Of a DNA stretch of 64,000 nt, positions 46,387 through 56,562 are shown piece after piece. Both the position numbers and the translations under genes were made by a program. This DNA comes from a virus (taxonomy: Duplodnaviria; Caudoviricetes): IMG/VR virus record IMGVR_UViG_3300032280_000642, positions 86,391-150,390 of that record. The stretch is one strand, 5' to 3'. The notes below the pieces were generated by a model. That model was not told the DNA's origin and did not search any database. It saw only the letters and a program-made list of their open reading frames with translations. Position 1 is the first letter of the stretch, and each line of letters begins with the position of its first letter.

Positions 46387-49300
46387 ATGTGGACATTTAA
46401 TACTGATTTTAACAAGTGGGTTACCACCAACGATTTATTATCAAAAAGTAATTTTGATTATCTAAAACAAGAATTAGACTCTACAAGATTCTATTCTAAA
46501 TGTCTTAGTGGTGCAACTTATTTACCAGTAAATAACTTAGATAATATCTATGATATTTTAGGTGAGTATGAACCTAGAAATTGGTTTATCAGTTTAGCCG
46601 GTTCACAATACAGTAATGCTGTAATTCCTGCCTTAAATGCCAGTCCTATAAATCAAGTATCAGAATATGACTACTATCAAAAATACGTTTCTGAATATGG
46701 TTTAACTTTAAAAAATCTATTCACACCGGATAGACTGATAAAAGATTCTATTAAAAACTATATTTATGTAGATGTTGCCACTATTGCTCAAATAATAAAC
46801 CTAAATGAAGTTTTCACTAATTTAACTATTGACGGAGTTAGATTGGTAAACGGACATAGAGTATTGGTTAAAGATCAATTGAGTACAACTGTTTTACCAT
46901 TTGATACAGATCCTAATACCTATTTTAGAGGTCCTTATTATGTTGTTCAAGATTATGGTGCTACTGTAGAATATAATTTTTATAACTCTGATAATGGTAT
47001 CTATCTATTCAATAATAATAGATTAACTAAAACAGATGATTTATCATTATATGAAGATTGTATTAGATATAGTGTTTCTGTTAAGTTGGGAAATACTAAT
47101 ACACAAAAACAATTTCATTTAAGTAGATTATTAAATGGATATTACCCTACTACTTCATTAAATGAGCCAATCGAGTTTGTTGAAAAACATAACTGGTTAT
47201 TAAGAAATAGAGTTGATTATAATAATCTATTTGAAATAAACTATTATGATATTGTTAAATATGCTACTCAATCATTTAATTTAGATGGAGTAACTTATAG
47301 TATTCCTGAAAGAACAATTGCAGTAGGAGAGTTTGGAGTAATTTTAAATACCCAATATGGTACATCAACAATTGTTCCAAATAAATACAAAGTAAATTTA
47401 AGAAGTATTACAAAAACCGAAAAATACTACTGGATTTGTGGTGATGAAGGTGTTATACTAAGAGTTAGTAAGTCTGACTTCTCTATTAGTAAAATTGATA
47501 GTGGATTTGAAACAAATTTAAAATCCATATCTTTTTATAATAATCTAAAAGGTGTTATTGTAGGAGAACTAAATACTATTTTAATTACAAAAGATGGTGG
47601 TAACACTTGGGATAAAATTATAGTAGATGATTTCTCTGCTTATTATTATAATAAAGCAATCTTTTATGCTTCTAATATAATTTATATTGTGGGTAATTCC
47701 GGTGTATTTTTAGAACTACAAGAGGATATTACTGGATGGGATGTTTATAAAAGAAGAGTATCAAGATTCATCGATGATTATGAGGAATATTTATTAGTTG
47801 ATAATATAAATGATATTTATGCACACAAAGAAAGTAATTGGGGATTAAGTTTCTCATACTTTACACAATCTTCTTCTCTACCGAAAAAGGAAATATTATT
47901 ACTTACAACTGATAATAATAAAGTTATTGTTTATGATATAAATGGTTCTATTCCATATTTTGACTTTATTTATTTAGGTTTATCACAAGATCACGGTAGA
48001 ATTACAAATATTACTAATGTAAATGGAACATCAAAATTCTACTTTAGTTGGGATAATACTACAGATCAAGGTACATTTCAGGGTATATCAACCTTTGATT
48101 TATCTGCTTATCAATATATTGGTGTAGATAATCAATATTCAAATACAGTAGTTGGAAAACAAGTTTCTAAATCAGAAAGTTCTTTATATGTCAATAAAAT
48201 ATACAATTATAATAATGAACTTTTAATATGTGGAAATAACTCATTATTACAATCATCAACATATAGTGTTACTGGTGGAACTGTTAGTCAACTATCATTT
48301 CATTTACTTGATGATAAATTTGAATCAAGATTAAAGTCTAAAATGTTATTTCTTGATTATGATATTGCAAGTAAATTAAACTTCTTTACTGATACTGGGG
48401 AATATAGATTACCAAACTCAGTAAATATCTTATTAGGAACACAATCTGATTATACAGTTAGTTCCAGTACGAGTTCTCAAATAAAAACATATACAAATAC
48501 TTTAAATACTATTCAGGTAACTCAAACACAGCCACAACCACTAGATATTGTTGTTAATCTAAACTTAACAAGTAGTGAACTAACTAACTTGAATATTAAT
48601 TTGACTGCACCTAATGGCAAAATTATAAATCTTAAAAGAGACAATACTGGTACAGGAACCGATTTTGTAAATACTAAATTTACTACTAGTGGTTTATATA
48701 CTAATTTTGCTGATACTTCTGATACGTTATATGATAATAATACATATCAGATGGATAAAATTTTACATAAAGGTACAACTGGGTATTTATCAAACACTAC
48801 ACTACTATCAAACTTAATCGGTACTATTGTAGGAAACTGGACATTATCTATATATGTTGAAACACCACTTGTTGCTGATAGTGAAAGTAAAATTATTGGA
48901 TCTAAACCAAAACCAGTACTTACAGGTTCACTTACAAGTTGGGATTTAACTTTTGTTTATACAAATTCATCAAATATAAATTTAACAGAATCGTTGTCAA
49001 ATCTTTGGTTTAATCCATTAGTGCAAGGAGCAACTGCACCAAGTTTTATGACACAGTCTGAAACAAACTGGTTAACTTATTGGAAAGATACTTCAAAAAC
49101 ATTTGAGTATTATGCTGCTACGACTATACCACTTGATGAAAGTACAAAAGTTGAAATCTCCACAACATTCTCATATACTCCAATTAGTTCATCATATCAA
49201 TTGGTTAATGGTAATAGTGTAGATAATACAGAGTTTGAGTTATCAAGATTAGCACCTACGATTTTAAATAACGAACAAAGTAAGTTTGGAATCTTGTCAA

Positions 49301-52212
49301 TTGGACAGACACCAATTACAATTACATATCCTACTAATACAAAATCATTATATGTTTATGATTACATAATGGTTCTAAAAGTAGATCCTACTTTATACAA
49401 AGTTAATATTGGTGATGTTATTAGATTAGAAAGTGATGTTGTTGATGGTAATTTTGTGGTAAATAAAATTAGAACAATAAAAACCTTTACAGGTGGTGAT
49501 CAATTTACTAAACCAACTGTTAGAGATTATAAATATGTTTACTTGTTTACTAATTTTAATGATAATATAACAACAAACTTAACAAAAACCACAAATCCTA
49601 TTACTATAACAAACTTGAATAAGTATAAAACAGTCAGTGAATTAGAGCATAATTTTAATTTACATCCTATCTCAAACGCATATGAATTAGTTTATAATAA
49701 TGTTGCCAATCAAATACCTAGTATTGATATAAATGCCAAGTTTAATAACTTAACTTCTTATTACAACTTAGCAACAAATGTTTTTGCCAATGATAGTTTA
49801 AGTTATGTTATTGCAACAATGTCCTATACAGACAGATTCCTAAAATTTGGTTATACACCAACATATAATTTATTGGATTATTTAGAACAAATAAGTGATA
49901 AAACAGTTAGTAATCCTAAATTTTATGCAAACAAAGAATACTTTGCAATGCCAGATTATAGAGGTATTCCAAGTACATCACCAGATAGTTTAGCAATTTC
50001 AAGTACATTTATTGATTATAATGGAATGAGTTTTTCTTCTAATCCTGGACAATCATTAACCAGTAATAAAATACTTTTCGGACCAGATCTAAGAATTGAA
50101 TGGGAGAGTATCTTTATTAATACTTTTGTAGATGTAACTATCTATACACAGTCTGGTACAGCAAGTACTACCGAAAGATTATTAGTAATGAAAAAGTATA
50201 TTGATACTAGAAAAGTAGATGCCCCATTTGACTTTTATGTCATAGAGTTTCATAAAAATATGAATTATGCTATTGGTGAAGATCATGCTTATATTGATAT
50301 AATCTCAAGAAGAAAGTTAATACAGATAAGTCAAGATTTACAAGAGTTAAACAATATTCAAAGAGCTAGATTAAGAAAAGAATCTATTACAAATGGTTCT
50401 GAATTCTATACTTATGAAAGAGATATGAACTTTAAAATATCGACAGATTCATATGCTAAAATATTATTATCTGATGTTGATACTATTAAGGAATTATCTG
50501 CCTTAATTTACATTGATTATAAGAATGAGTTGGCAATGAATATGACTAGATTGGCAAAAGAGTATAATCTTGAAATACAGGATACGTCAAGTTATTTACC
50601 AGATGGGTCGTCTCAATATAAATTTTATATTATATGTAAAAAAGACCATGACTTAAAAACTGGAGATGCGGTTGTTTTAGAGTTTAATGGTGGTACACAA
50701 TCATCACAATTTTTAAACCAACAATACTTTGGTTATCATAATGTTACAGTTGTTACTAATAACAGTTTCTATATAGATGTTCCACTTGGTACGGTAGTTT
50801 CACATGATAGTGGGTTTGTAAAATATGTTAAAAGGGATCCTTTCTTAAATTATCAACCTGTTGATATTATTGATGTTGGTATTGATAAACGAGGTAAAAA
50901 TGCAGTTGAATTAAGTGTTGACAACTTAAAATTAAGTGGTGAGGTACATAGTTTAATAAATGTTGACTTTAATAGATTTAGATTTAGATTAGTTGATGGT
51001 TTAACTGTTGAAACATTATCATTAAGATTTCCTTGGGTATTAGAAGCAGAAATAAGAAATGCTATTATTGGAACAGATGGTACAAATATAATTTGGTATA
51101 AAGGTATCTGGGAATGTGGTAGATGGTTTGGTGGTACTTGGATATCAGGTACTTGGAAATCTGGTGATTGGTATGGTGGTACTTGGGATGCTAAAAAAAT
51201 TACAGATAATCTAATTTCAGTTGAGATTGGTAATAATACATCTGATAAATCATTATCTACTTGGTTTACTGGTAGATGGTATGATGGTACTTGGAATGAT
51301 GGTACTTGGGTTGATGGAAGATGGTATGGTGGTACTTGGAATGCAGGTGATTGGTATAAGGGTATTTGGAATGATGGTACTTGGAATAGTGGAGAATTTT
51401 CTGGTGGTATTTGGATAACCGGTACTTGGAACGATGGTATTCTTAACTGTAATAACGAAGCATCCTTTTGGATTGATGGTAAATGGAATGGTGGTGATTT
51501 TGAAAATGGTATGTGGTATAAAGGTATTTTTGAAGAAAAGAATAATACTGCAAGATTTGGAACAAAAGCTTATAACAGTAGAACTGCAAATTGGCATTCA
51601 GGTGAGTGGTTGAGTGGTAGCTTCTACTCTAGATTAATTTCTGATAGTAATGGAGTAACAGAAGTTTCTGAATCACATAAATATTCAATATGGCATACTG
51701 GTAATTGGTATACTGGTAACTTATATGGTGGTATTGTTTATGATATTAATTTTAAAGCAGGTACTTGGTATGGTGGTATATTGGAGGATATTCAAGTTAT
51801 CAATTTTATCAATGATACTGTAAACGGTGAAAGTTATATTAAATTAAATGGTATATTTAGATTTAAAATAGGTGATGAGATTAGTATATTAAGTAATAAA
51901 CCATCAACACTATCTACTAATGGAATACCTTATGTTAGTTATTTTACTTCAGATAGATACAGAGTGATATATGCTGATGTAGATTTGAATAATAAAACAA
52001 CTAAAGTTTATATCAATTTAGAGTCTCCTTATTATTATAATCCACAAGGTATCTATGCTATTGATGTTGAAACAAATTTAAGAGTTGTTAGTAGATTTAA
52101 AAATGCTACTTGGGAATCAGGTATATGGACAAATGGTATATTTGAAACTGGACTTTGGAAAGGTGGTATCTGGTATAATGGTATTTTTGGAGAAAAAGCA
52201 AAATGGAATTAA
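46387..52212 (+). CDS. 1941-aa virion/baseplate-tail protein with BNR/beta-propeller region, P-domain-like insert and W-x-x-G repeats
   Basis: IDGVRL..G.RVLVKDQ; VGE.G.IL repeats, TKDGGNTW; LTAPNG..L..GNWTL..LTSWDL; GTWNDG/GRWYGG repeats. Confidence 0.7.
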   Translation: MWTFNTDFNKWVTTNDLLSKSNFDYLKQELDSTRFYSKCLSGATYLPVNNLDNIYDILGEYEPRNWFISLAGSQYSNAVIPALNASPINQVSEYDYYQKYVSEYGLTLKNLFTPDRLIKDSIKNYIYVDVATIAQIINLNEVFTNLTIDGVRLVNGHRVLVKDQLSTTVLPFDTDPNTYFRGPYYVVQDYGATVEYNFYNSDNGIYLFNNNRLTKTDDLSLYEDCIRYSVSVKLGNTNTQKQFHLSRLLNGYYPTTSLNEPIEFVEKHNWLLRNRVDYNNLFEINYYDIVKYATQSFNLDGVTYSIPERTIAVGEFGVILNTQYGTSTIVPNKYKVNLRSITKTEKYYWICGDEGVILRVSKSDFSISKIDSGFETNLKSISFYNNLKGVIVGELNTILITKDGGNTWDKIIVDDFSAYYYNKAIFYASNIIYIVGNSGVFLELQEDITGWDVYKRRVSRFIDDYEEYLLVDNINDIYAHKESNWGLSFSYFTQSSSLPKKEILLLTTDNNKVIVYDINGSIPYFDFIYLGLSQDHGRITNITNVNGTSKFYFSWDNTTDQGTFQGISTFDLSAYQYIGVDNQYSNTVVGKQVSKSESSLYVNKIYNYNNELLICGNNSLLQSSTYSVTGGTVSQLSFHLLDDKFESRLKSKMLFLDYDIASKLNFFTDTGEYRLPNSVNILLGTQSDYTVSSSTSSQIKTYTNTLNTIQVTQTQPQPLDIVVNLNLTSSELTNLNINLTAPNGKIINLKRDNTGTGTDFVNTKFTTSGLYTNFADTSDTLYDNNTYQMDKILHKGTTGYLSNTTLLSNLIGTIVGNWTLSIYVETPLVADSESKIIGSKPKPVLTGSLTSWDLTFVYTNSSNINLTESLSNLWFNPLVQGATAPSFMTQSETNWLTYWKDTSKTFEYYAATTIPLDESTKVEISTTFSYTPISSSYQLVNGNSVDNTEFELSRLAPTILNNEQSKFGILSIGQTPITITYPTNTKSLYVYDYIMVLKVDPTLYKVNIGDVIRLESDVVDGNFVVNKIRTIKTFTGGDQFTKPTVRDYKYVYLFTNFNDNITTNLTKTTNPITITNLNKYKTVSELEHNFNLHPISNAYELVYNNVANQIPSIDINAKFNNLTSYYNLATNVFANDSLSYVIATMSYTDRFLKFGYTPTYNLLDYLEQISDKTVSNPKFYANKEYFAMPDYRGIPSTSPDSLAISSTFIDYNGMSFSSNPGQSLTSNKILFGPDLRIEWESIFINTFVDVTIYTQSGTASTTERLLVMKKYIDTRKVDAPFDFYVIEFHKNMNYAIGEDHAYIDIISRRKLIQISQDLQELNNIQRARLRKESITNGSEFYTYERDMNFKISTDSYAKILLSDVDTIKELSALIYIDYKNELAMNMTRLAKEYNLEIQDTSSYLPDGSSQYKFYIICKKDHDLKTGDAVVLEFNGGTQSSQFLNQQYFGYHNVTVVTNNSFYIDVPLGTVVSHDSGFVKYVKRDPFLNYQPVDIIDVGIDKRGKNAVELSVDNLKLSGEVHSLINVDFNRFRFRLVDGLTVETLSLRFPWVLEAEIRNAIIGTDGTNIIWYKGIWECGRWFGGTWISGTWKSGDWYGGTWDAKKITDNLISVEIGNNTSDKSLSTWFTGRWYDGTWNDGTWVDGRWYGGTWNAGDWYKGIWNDGTWNSGEFSGGIWITGTWNDGILNCNNEASFWIDGKWNGGDFENGMWYKGIFEEKNNTARFGTKAYNSRTANWHSGEWLSGSFYSRLISDSNGVTEVSESHKYSIWHTGNWYTGNLYGGIVYDINFKAGTWYGGILEDIQVINFINDTVNGESYIKLNGIFRFKIGDEISILSNKPSTLSTNGIPYVSYFTSDRYRVIYADVDLNNKTTKVYINLESPYYYNPQGIYAIDVETNLRVVSRFKNATWESGIWTNGIFETGLWKGGIWYNGIFGEKAKWN

Positions 52213-52224
52213 AATATATAGATT

Positions 52225-52653
52225 ATGTTAAAAAGATATTCACAATTTATAAACGAGGCTGATGAGACTGAACAACCAGTACAAGAACAACCAACTGCTG
52301 CACCAGAGGGTATTAAAACATTGGATAACTCTAAATACCCTGAGGTTATGGAAGAAGTTCAAAAAATGATTGAAAACACTATACAAAAAAGTGGTGGTGA
52401 ATTAAAATCATTTATTGAATCATTTGAAAAGAATCCAGAAGATGTTAAAGTTGAAGGATTTATAAATGATTCAGATGTTTATGATTTCTACTTAAAGTTT
52501 AGAAATGATGTTGATGAGATTTTGAATAATATAAAGTTCTATGATGAATCTCCTACAGAAGTAAATGCTTTTGGCTTATATGAATATGTTATAAAAGGAA
52601 CAGAACGTGCTTTTATGGAAGTCGTTAAAATGATAAATAAAAATCCTCAGTAA
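52225..52653 (+). CDS. protein with capsid-targeting-like N-terminus (MLKRYSQFINEA)
   Basis: ORF; TATATA at 52215; terminator after. Confidence 0.75.
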   Translation: MLKRYSQFINEADETEQPVQEQPTAAPEGIKTLDNSKYPEVMEEVQKMIENTIQKSGGELKSFIESFEKNPEDVKVEGFINDSDVYDFYLKFRNDVDEILNNIKFYDESPTEVNAFGLYEYVIKGTERAFMEVVKMINKNPQ

Positions 52654-52721
52654 GTGAGGATTTTTGATTTAATAGAGGTTTCATTTTTTTATATATATGA
52701 AAAACTATATATTGATTTTTT

Positions 52722-55358
52722 ATGACACCATTGTATAAATCCCTAAAGACTAACGGTACTTCGTTCTATGCTTTTCCAAGTGCAGCAGAAGACATTTCAG
52801 CAGCTTATCAGAACTCAAATTATAAAATGTATTTCTCTAAATACACTTTATTAAATTTACCTAAACAAAACTTAGAACCGGGTACAGGAACTGCTTCAAA
52901 ACCAGTTTATTTTGATTTCGATGGTTCATTTAGAAAATCAATAAATGCCACACCTGCTGCATCATATCAAGAGCAAATAATTGAATCTTTGAGAAATTAT
53001 GTTGCAAATCAAGAAATTGTTATAAAAGAATCAAGATTAAATAATACTGATTATTACTATGATAATAATGCATTAGAAACAACTACTGAAAAGATTTTCT
53101 TTAAATGGTGTAAGAAATTAAATATAATCGATTTTGAACCAGCTATTCCAGATGATGAGTATTTTAGTAATTTAGCAGAGTTTCAATCAGCTAGTTTAAA
53201 TGATGATCAATACTTTCCAGAATATCTTTGGAAAGAAAGAGAAGTTGTTGACTGGGATATTGTAAGCTTCGATGCACCTAACGGTCTATTAGTAGTAACA
53301 TTTAATAGTGTGACTAATTTAGTTGTTGGGGATGTAGTTAACATATATAACGTAAGTAATGCCGCAGTTATTTTAGAACTAGGTGGAATAGATAGTAATA
53401 CAGGTATAAATTTAAAAGTAAGATCTGTTAGTTCAACCTCTGTAACATTTGATTGTCCATCAGGTCTTGGTTTTTCTACAGAGACTACTGGCCAAGCTAA
53501 AGTAGTTTATAATAGATTAGTACAATATATTGGTGAGATACAAGGTGTTAGTAATGTACAAGAAGCTAATCGTTCTTATACAGAGGTTCATGCTCATATT
53601 CCAGATCATACTGGTAGAACTCCAGATGTTTTATTTAGAACAATGATTGATGTCAATTACAAACCAAATCAAACATTTCCAATAGTACCAAGTCAATATC
53701 AACCAGAAATAGTTGGTGCAGAATCATTTAGTTCACCAATTGTAAATACCCCACAAAATTATCCTGGTTCTTATTTTGGACAATTTGACACCTTAGACTT
53801 TACATATGAAACTGCAAATGGTGACTCCGTAAGAAGAAGCGGCTCTTATTATGGTGTTGTTGGTGATATAAATAATCCAGTAATCAATGGTAAAGCAATC
53901 GATGGTATTTCTATGGACTTTAATACTAATCACTATGTTAAAATGAATATTCTTAACAGAAATTTAACAAATTTTGATCAGTTTAATGCTTTAGAAATAA
54001 ATAATTTACCACCAATTGCATTTGAGTTTAATGCAATTTTATGGTATTATAATGTTGAGGATAATGCAGGTAATGTTAGAACTAACTTATATGGTATTTC
54101 TTTCTTAGATAATCCTGATAATAATGTTATTTCTGAAGAAACTAGTTTAAGATTTCCAACTTATAAAAAGTTTGTAACTAATGGTGTTCAAGATGGTACT
54201 GCTTATTCGTTTAGTTTAAACCTAAACTTTAACATTATAAATGATAATCCACAAGATACTTATAATCCAGAAGCTATAAATTCTATGTTTAGTATGAATT
54301 TATTTAATACTTCTATGTCGAGATTAGCCGCAACTAATGATAGTTTTATTAATTTAATTGCAGAACAAGCAAATGTTAGAGATGATGTTGCTTATTTAAA
54401 AAGTTTACTTTATACACAAACGGATTTAACCACTTTAAATGCCAAAATAGCTAATCTTGAAACACTTTTAAGATTATATTCAACTAATCAATTAGTTGCA
54501 TCACCAACAATTAACGTAACGACTATACCAGGAACACCACCTTCTATTGTATTAGATTCAGTTGCTTCTAATTATGAACGAATTTATGTTTATAATGCGT
54601 CAGAGATGTATAATTCACAAGGAGTTATACCAATTACTTTAGCAGTTCCTACAAATAGAGATTTCTTTGTTAACTTTACTAATGATGACGAAGTACAAAT
54701 TGACTTACCAAATAATGATAAACTAACATTTGTTTTAGATAAAGATCTATACTATTTACAATCAGTAGATATTCATATAAATGGTGGAGACTTTTCAACT
54801 CAAAATAAGATGTTGGATATTTATATGAATAGTGATATAGTTACTACTAGTACAAATACACAAGTTTTACTTGCAGGTTCAATTGACTTACCAGTATTCT
54901 ATAATGAGAATACACAGCAATCTAACTCTGCTTATTTATGGAAAGATTTCAAATTTAACATTGATTTAACACAACCGTTAAATATGAACGTTAATTCTAG
55001 ATTAGAAGTTACTTTAGTTGAAAGTCAAGCTTTAATTTCAAACTCGATTAAACCTGGTGATACACTTTACTTAAATAATTTATTTATTGGTACTTCATCT
55101 ATATATGATTTTTCTGGTCAATATACTGTTCAGTCTGTTCCTTCAGCACCTGCAAAAACTATTATTTTAGATATTAGTACAAATGAAAGTTTTGTTGCTT
55201 ATGGTGCTTCTGCTTCATTCCCCTATAATATATCTGGACAATTATCAAATGTTCCTTATTTTAGTTTAAATAAAGGTAAGAAAATTAAAATCACTAGAGT
55301 ATCAGACTCTACAGTCCTTAAAGAGAGATATACAATAAATGTTGAAGATATTAAGTAA
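52722..55358 (+). CDS. large putative virion structural protein
   Basis: 878 aa, N/S/T-rich, short central coiled coil, late-type promoter. Confidence 0.65.
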   Translation: MTPLYKSLKTNGTSFYAFPSAAEDISAAYQNSNYKMYFSKYTLLNLPKQNLEPGTGTASKPVYFDFDGSFRKSINATPAASYQEQIIESLRNYVANQEIVIKESRLNNTDYYYDNNALETTTEKIFFKWCKKLNIIDFEPAIPDDEYFSNLAEFQSASLNDDQYFPEYLWKEREVVDWDIVSFDAPNGLLVVTFNSVTNLVVGDVVNIYNVSNAAVILELGGIDSNTGINLKVRSVSSTSVTFDCPSGLGFSTETTGQAKVVYNRLVQYIGEIQGVSNVQEANRSYTEVHAHIPDHTGRTPDVLFRTMIDVNYKPNQTFPIVPSQYQPEIVGAESFSSPIVNTPQNYPGSYFGQFDTLDFTYETANGDSVRRSGSYYGVVGDINNPVINGKAIDGISMDFNTNHYVKMNILNRNLTNFDQFNALEINNLPPIAFEFNAILWYYNVEDNAGNVRTNLYGISFLDNPDNNVISEETSLRFPTYKKFVTNGVQDGTAYSFSLNLNFNIINDNPQDTYNPEAINSMFSMNLFNTSMSRLAATNDSFINLIAEQANVRDDVAYLKSLLYTQTDLTTLNAKIANLETLLRLYSTNQLVASPTINVTTIPGTPPSIVLDSVASNYERIYVYNASEMYNSQGVIPITLAVPTNRDFFVNFTNDDEVQIDLPNNDKLTFVLDKDLYYLQSVDIHINGGDFSTQNKMLDIYMNSDIVTTSTNTQVLLAGSIDLPVFYNENTQQSNSAYLWKDFKFNIDLTQPLNMNVNSRLEVTLVESQALISNSIKPGDTLYLNNLFIGTSSIYDFSGQYTVQSVPSAPAKTIILDISTNESFVAYGASASFPYNISGQLSNVPYFSLNKGKKIKITRVSDSTVLKERYTINVEDIK

Positions 55359-55405
55359 ATAGATTTTTAAATTTTAATATATACATTAAAATTAAATAAT
55401 TTATT

Positions 55406-56548
55406 ATGGCATCATGTGGAACATCATTATTTGGAGCTAGTGCTCAATATATAAAAGTAAGTGGAGGAGATTTCATAGCAATAGAAGGTGCAAATACAGT
55501 AGATAGACTCACTGTTTCTGATTTAAGAATGCCTTACAAACAACTTCTTAGAAGTAGAGTAGTACTTAAAGCAGGACAAAATAACTACCTATTAAACCAC
55601 TTAGGTTTAGGAGATAATGCTACTTTTCTTTGTATAAAAGCTATTTATAATCAAAAATCTGTAATCGAAGAAGATAACTATATTACCTGGAGCTATTATA
55701 ATGATTTGGCAAAAGTTTATCCAATGGCACAAATGATGGTTTTAACTGGTAATTCAACTAATAGAATCAAACAACTTTATTTATCAAATCCAAGTGAAAA
55801 ATACCCAGTATCATTAGATGTTATGGTTGGTGTTATTGATGACACATATACATTCTTTAATGATTCTATAAATCAATCGAGTACTTCTTTTGTTGGTTTA
55901 AACTGGACTGATATTAAGTCACACATTGTTGGAGAATCTATTAAGATAAATGACAAAGGAACTCCTATAAGACCGTTGATTTATCTTGAAATTGCAAATA
56001 TTGAAACAATTGAGAAAACAGGTTCTATTTTGATTATTGATGATGCTAGTTTTGGAACAATTTTCTTACAATTTTTAACAGAGTATGATGCTTATCAAGC
56101 CCATTCATTACTAAACTTTGTTATTGAGAATCCAAATATTAATATTGAATTATATCAATCTGGTGATAATGAAGATCCTATTATTTATTTCTACGAACAA
56201 GTTGGTCAAACCGGTGATTTTATAGCATTTGATGGTGATTTACTAAATGGACCATATGACACTTCAATGGGTCTAACTTTCTCTACAACAATTTCTTTAT
56301 TAGATTATGGAACTGCAAGTGGAACTTATTTAGATAAGCCTACATTGATTGATTTACTAGTTTACACAATAACTGATAATAGAGACGGAACAATGTCTAT
56401 GCAGCCTTCTAATTTGATTATAAGTGATTCTGTAAGTACTATATCAACTATTAATTTACCTGGTACTTATTCAGTAACATTTAACTTCTCTGATATTGCA
56501 CATAATACATTAGAAGGTGTTCATATGGACCTTACGATAATTGATTAA
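55406..56548 (+). CDS. putative structural protein with C-terminal Ig-like repeat
   Basis: TDNRDG...PGTYSVTF..SD.A.N pattern. Confidence 0.6.
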   Translation: MASCGTSLFGASAQYIKVSGGDFIAIEGANTVDRLTVSDLRMPYKQLLRSRVVLKAGQNNYLLNHLGLGDNATFLCIKAIYNQKSVIEEDNYITWSYYNDLAKVYPMAQMMVLTGNSTNRIKQLYLSNPSEKYPVSLDVMVGVIDDTYTFFNDSINQSSTSFVGLNWTDIKSHIVGESIKINDKGTPIRPLIYLEIANIETIEKTGSILIIDDASFGTIFLQFLTEYDAYQAHSLLNFVIENPNINIELYQSGDNEDPIIYFYEQVGQTGDFIAFDGDLLNGPYDTSMGLTFSTTISLLDYGTASGTYLDKPTLIDLLVYTITDNRDGTMSMQPSNLIISDSVSTISTINLPGTYSVTFNFSDIAHNTLEGVHMDLTIID

Positions 56549-56562
56549 AAAAAAATATAATA

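Noticed and set aside
51090-51450. Diversity-generating retroelement template/variable repeats
   Set aside because: Repeats follow the WxxG codon pattern with no adenine-specific mismatches, and no reverse transcriptase is in the window
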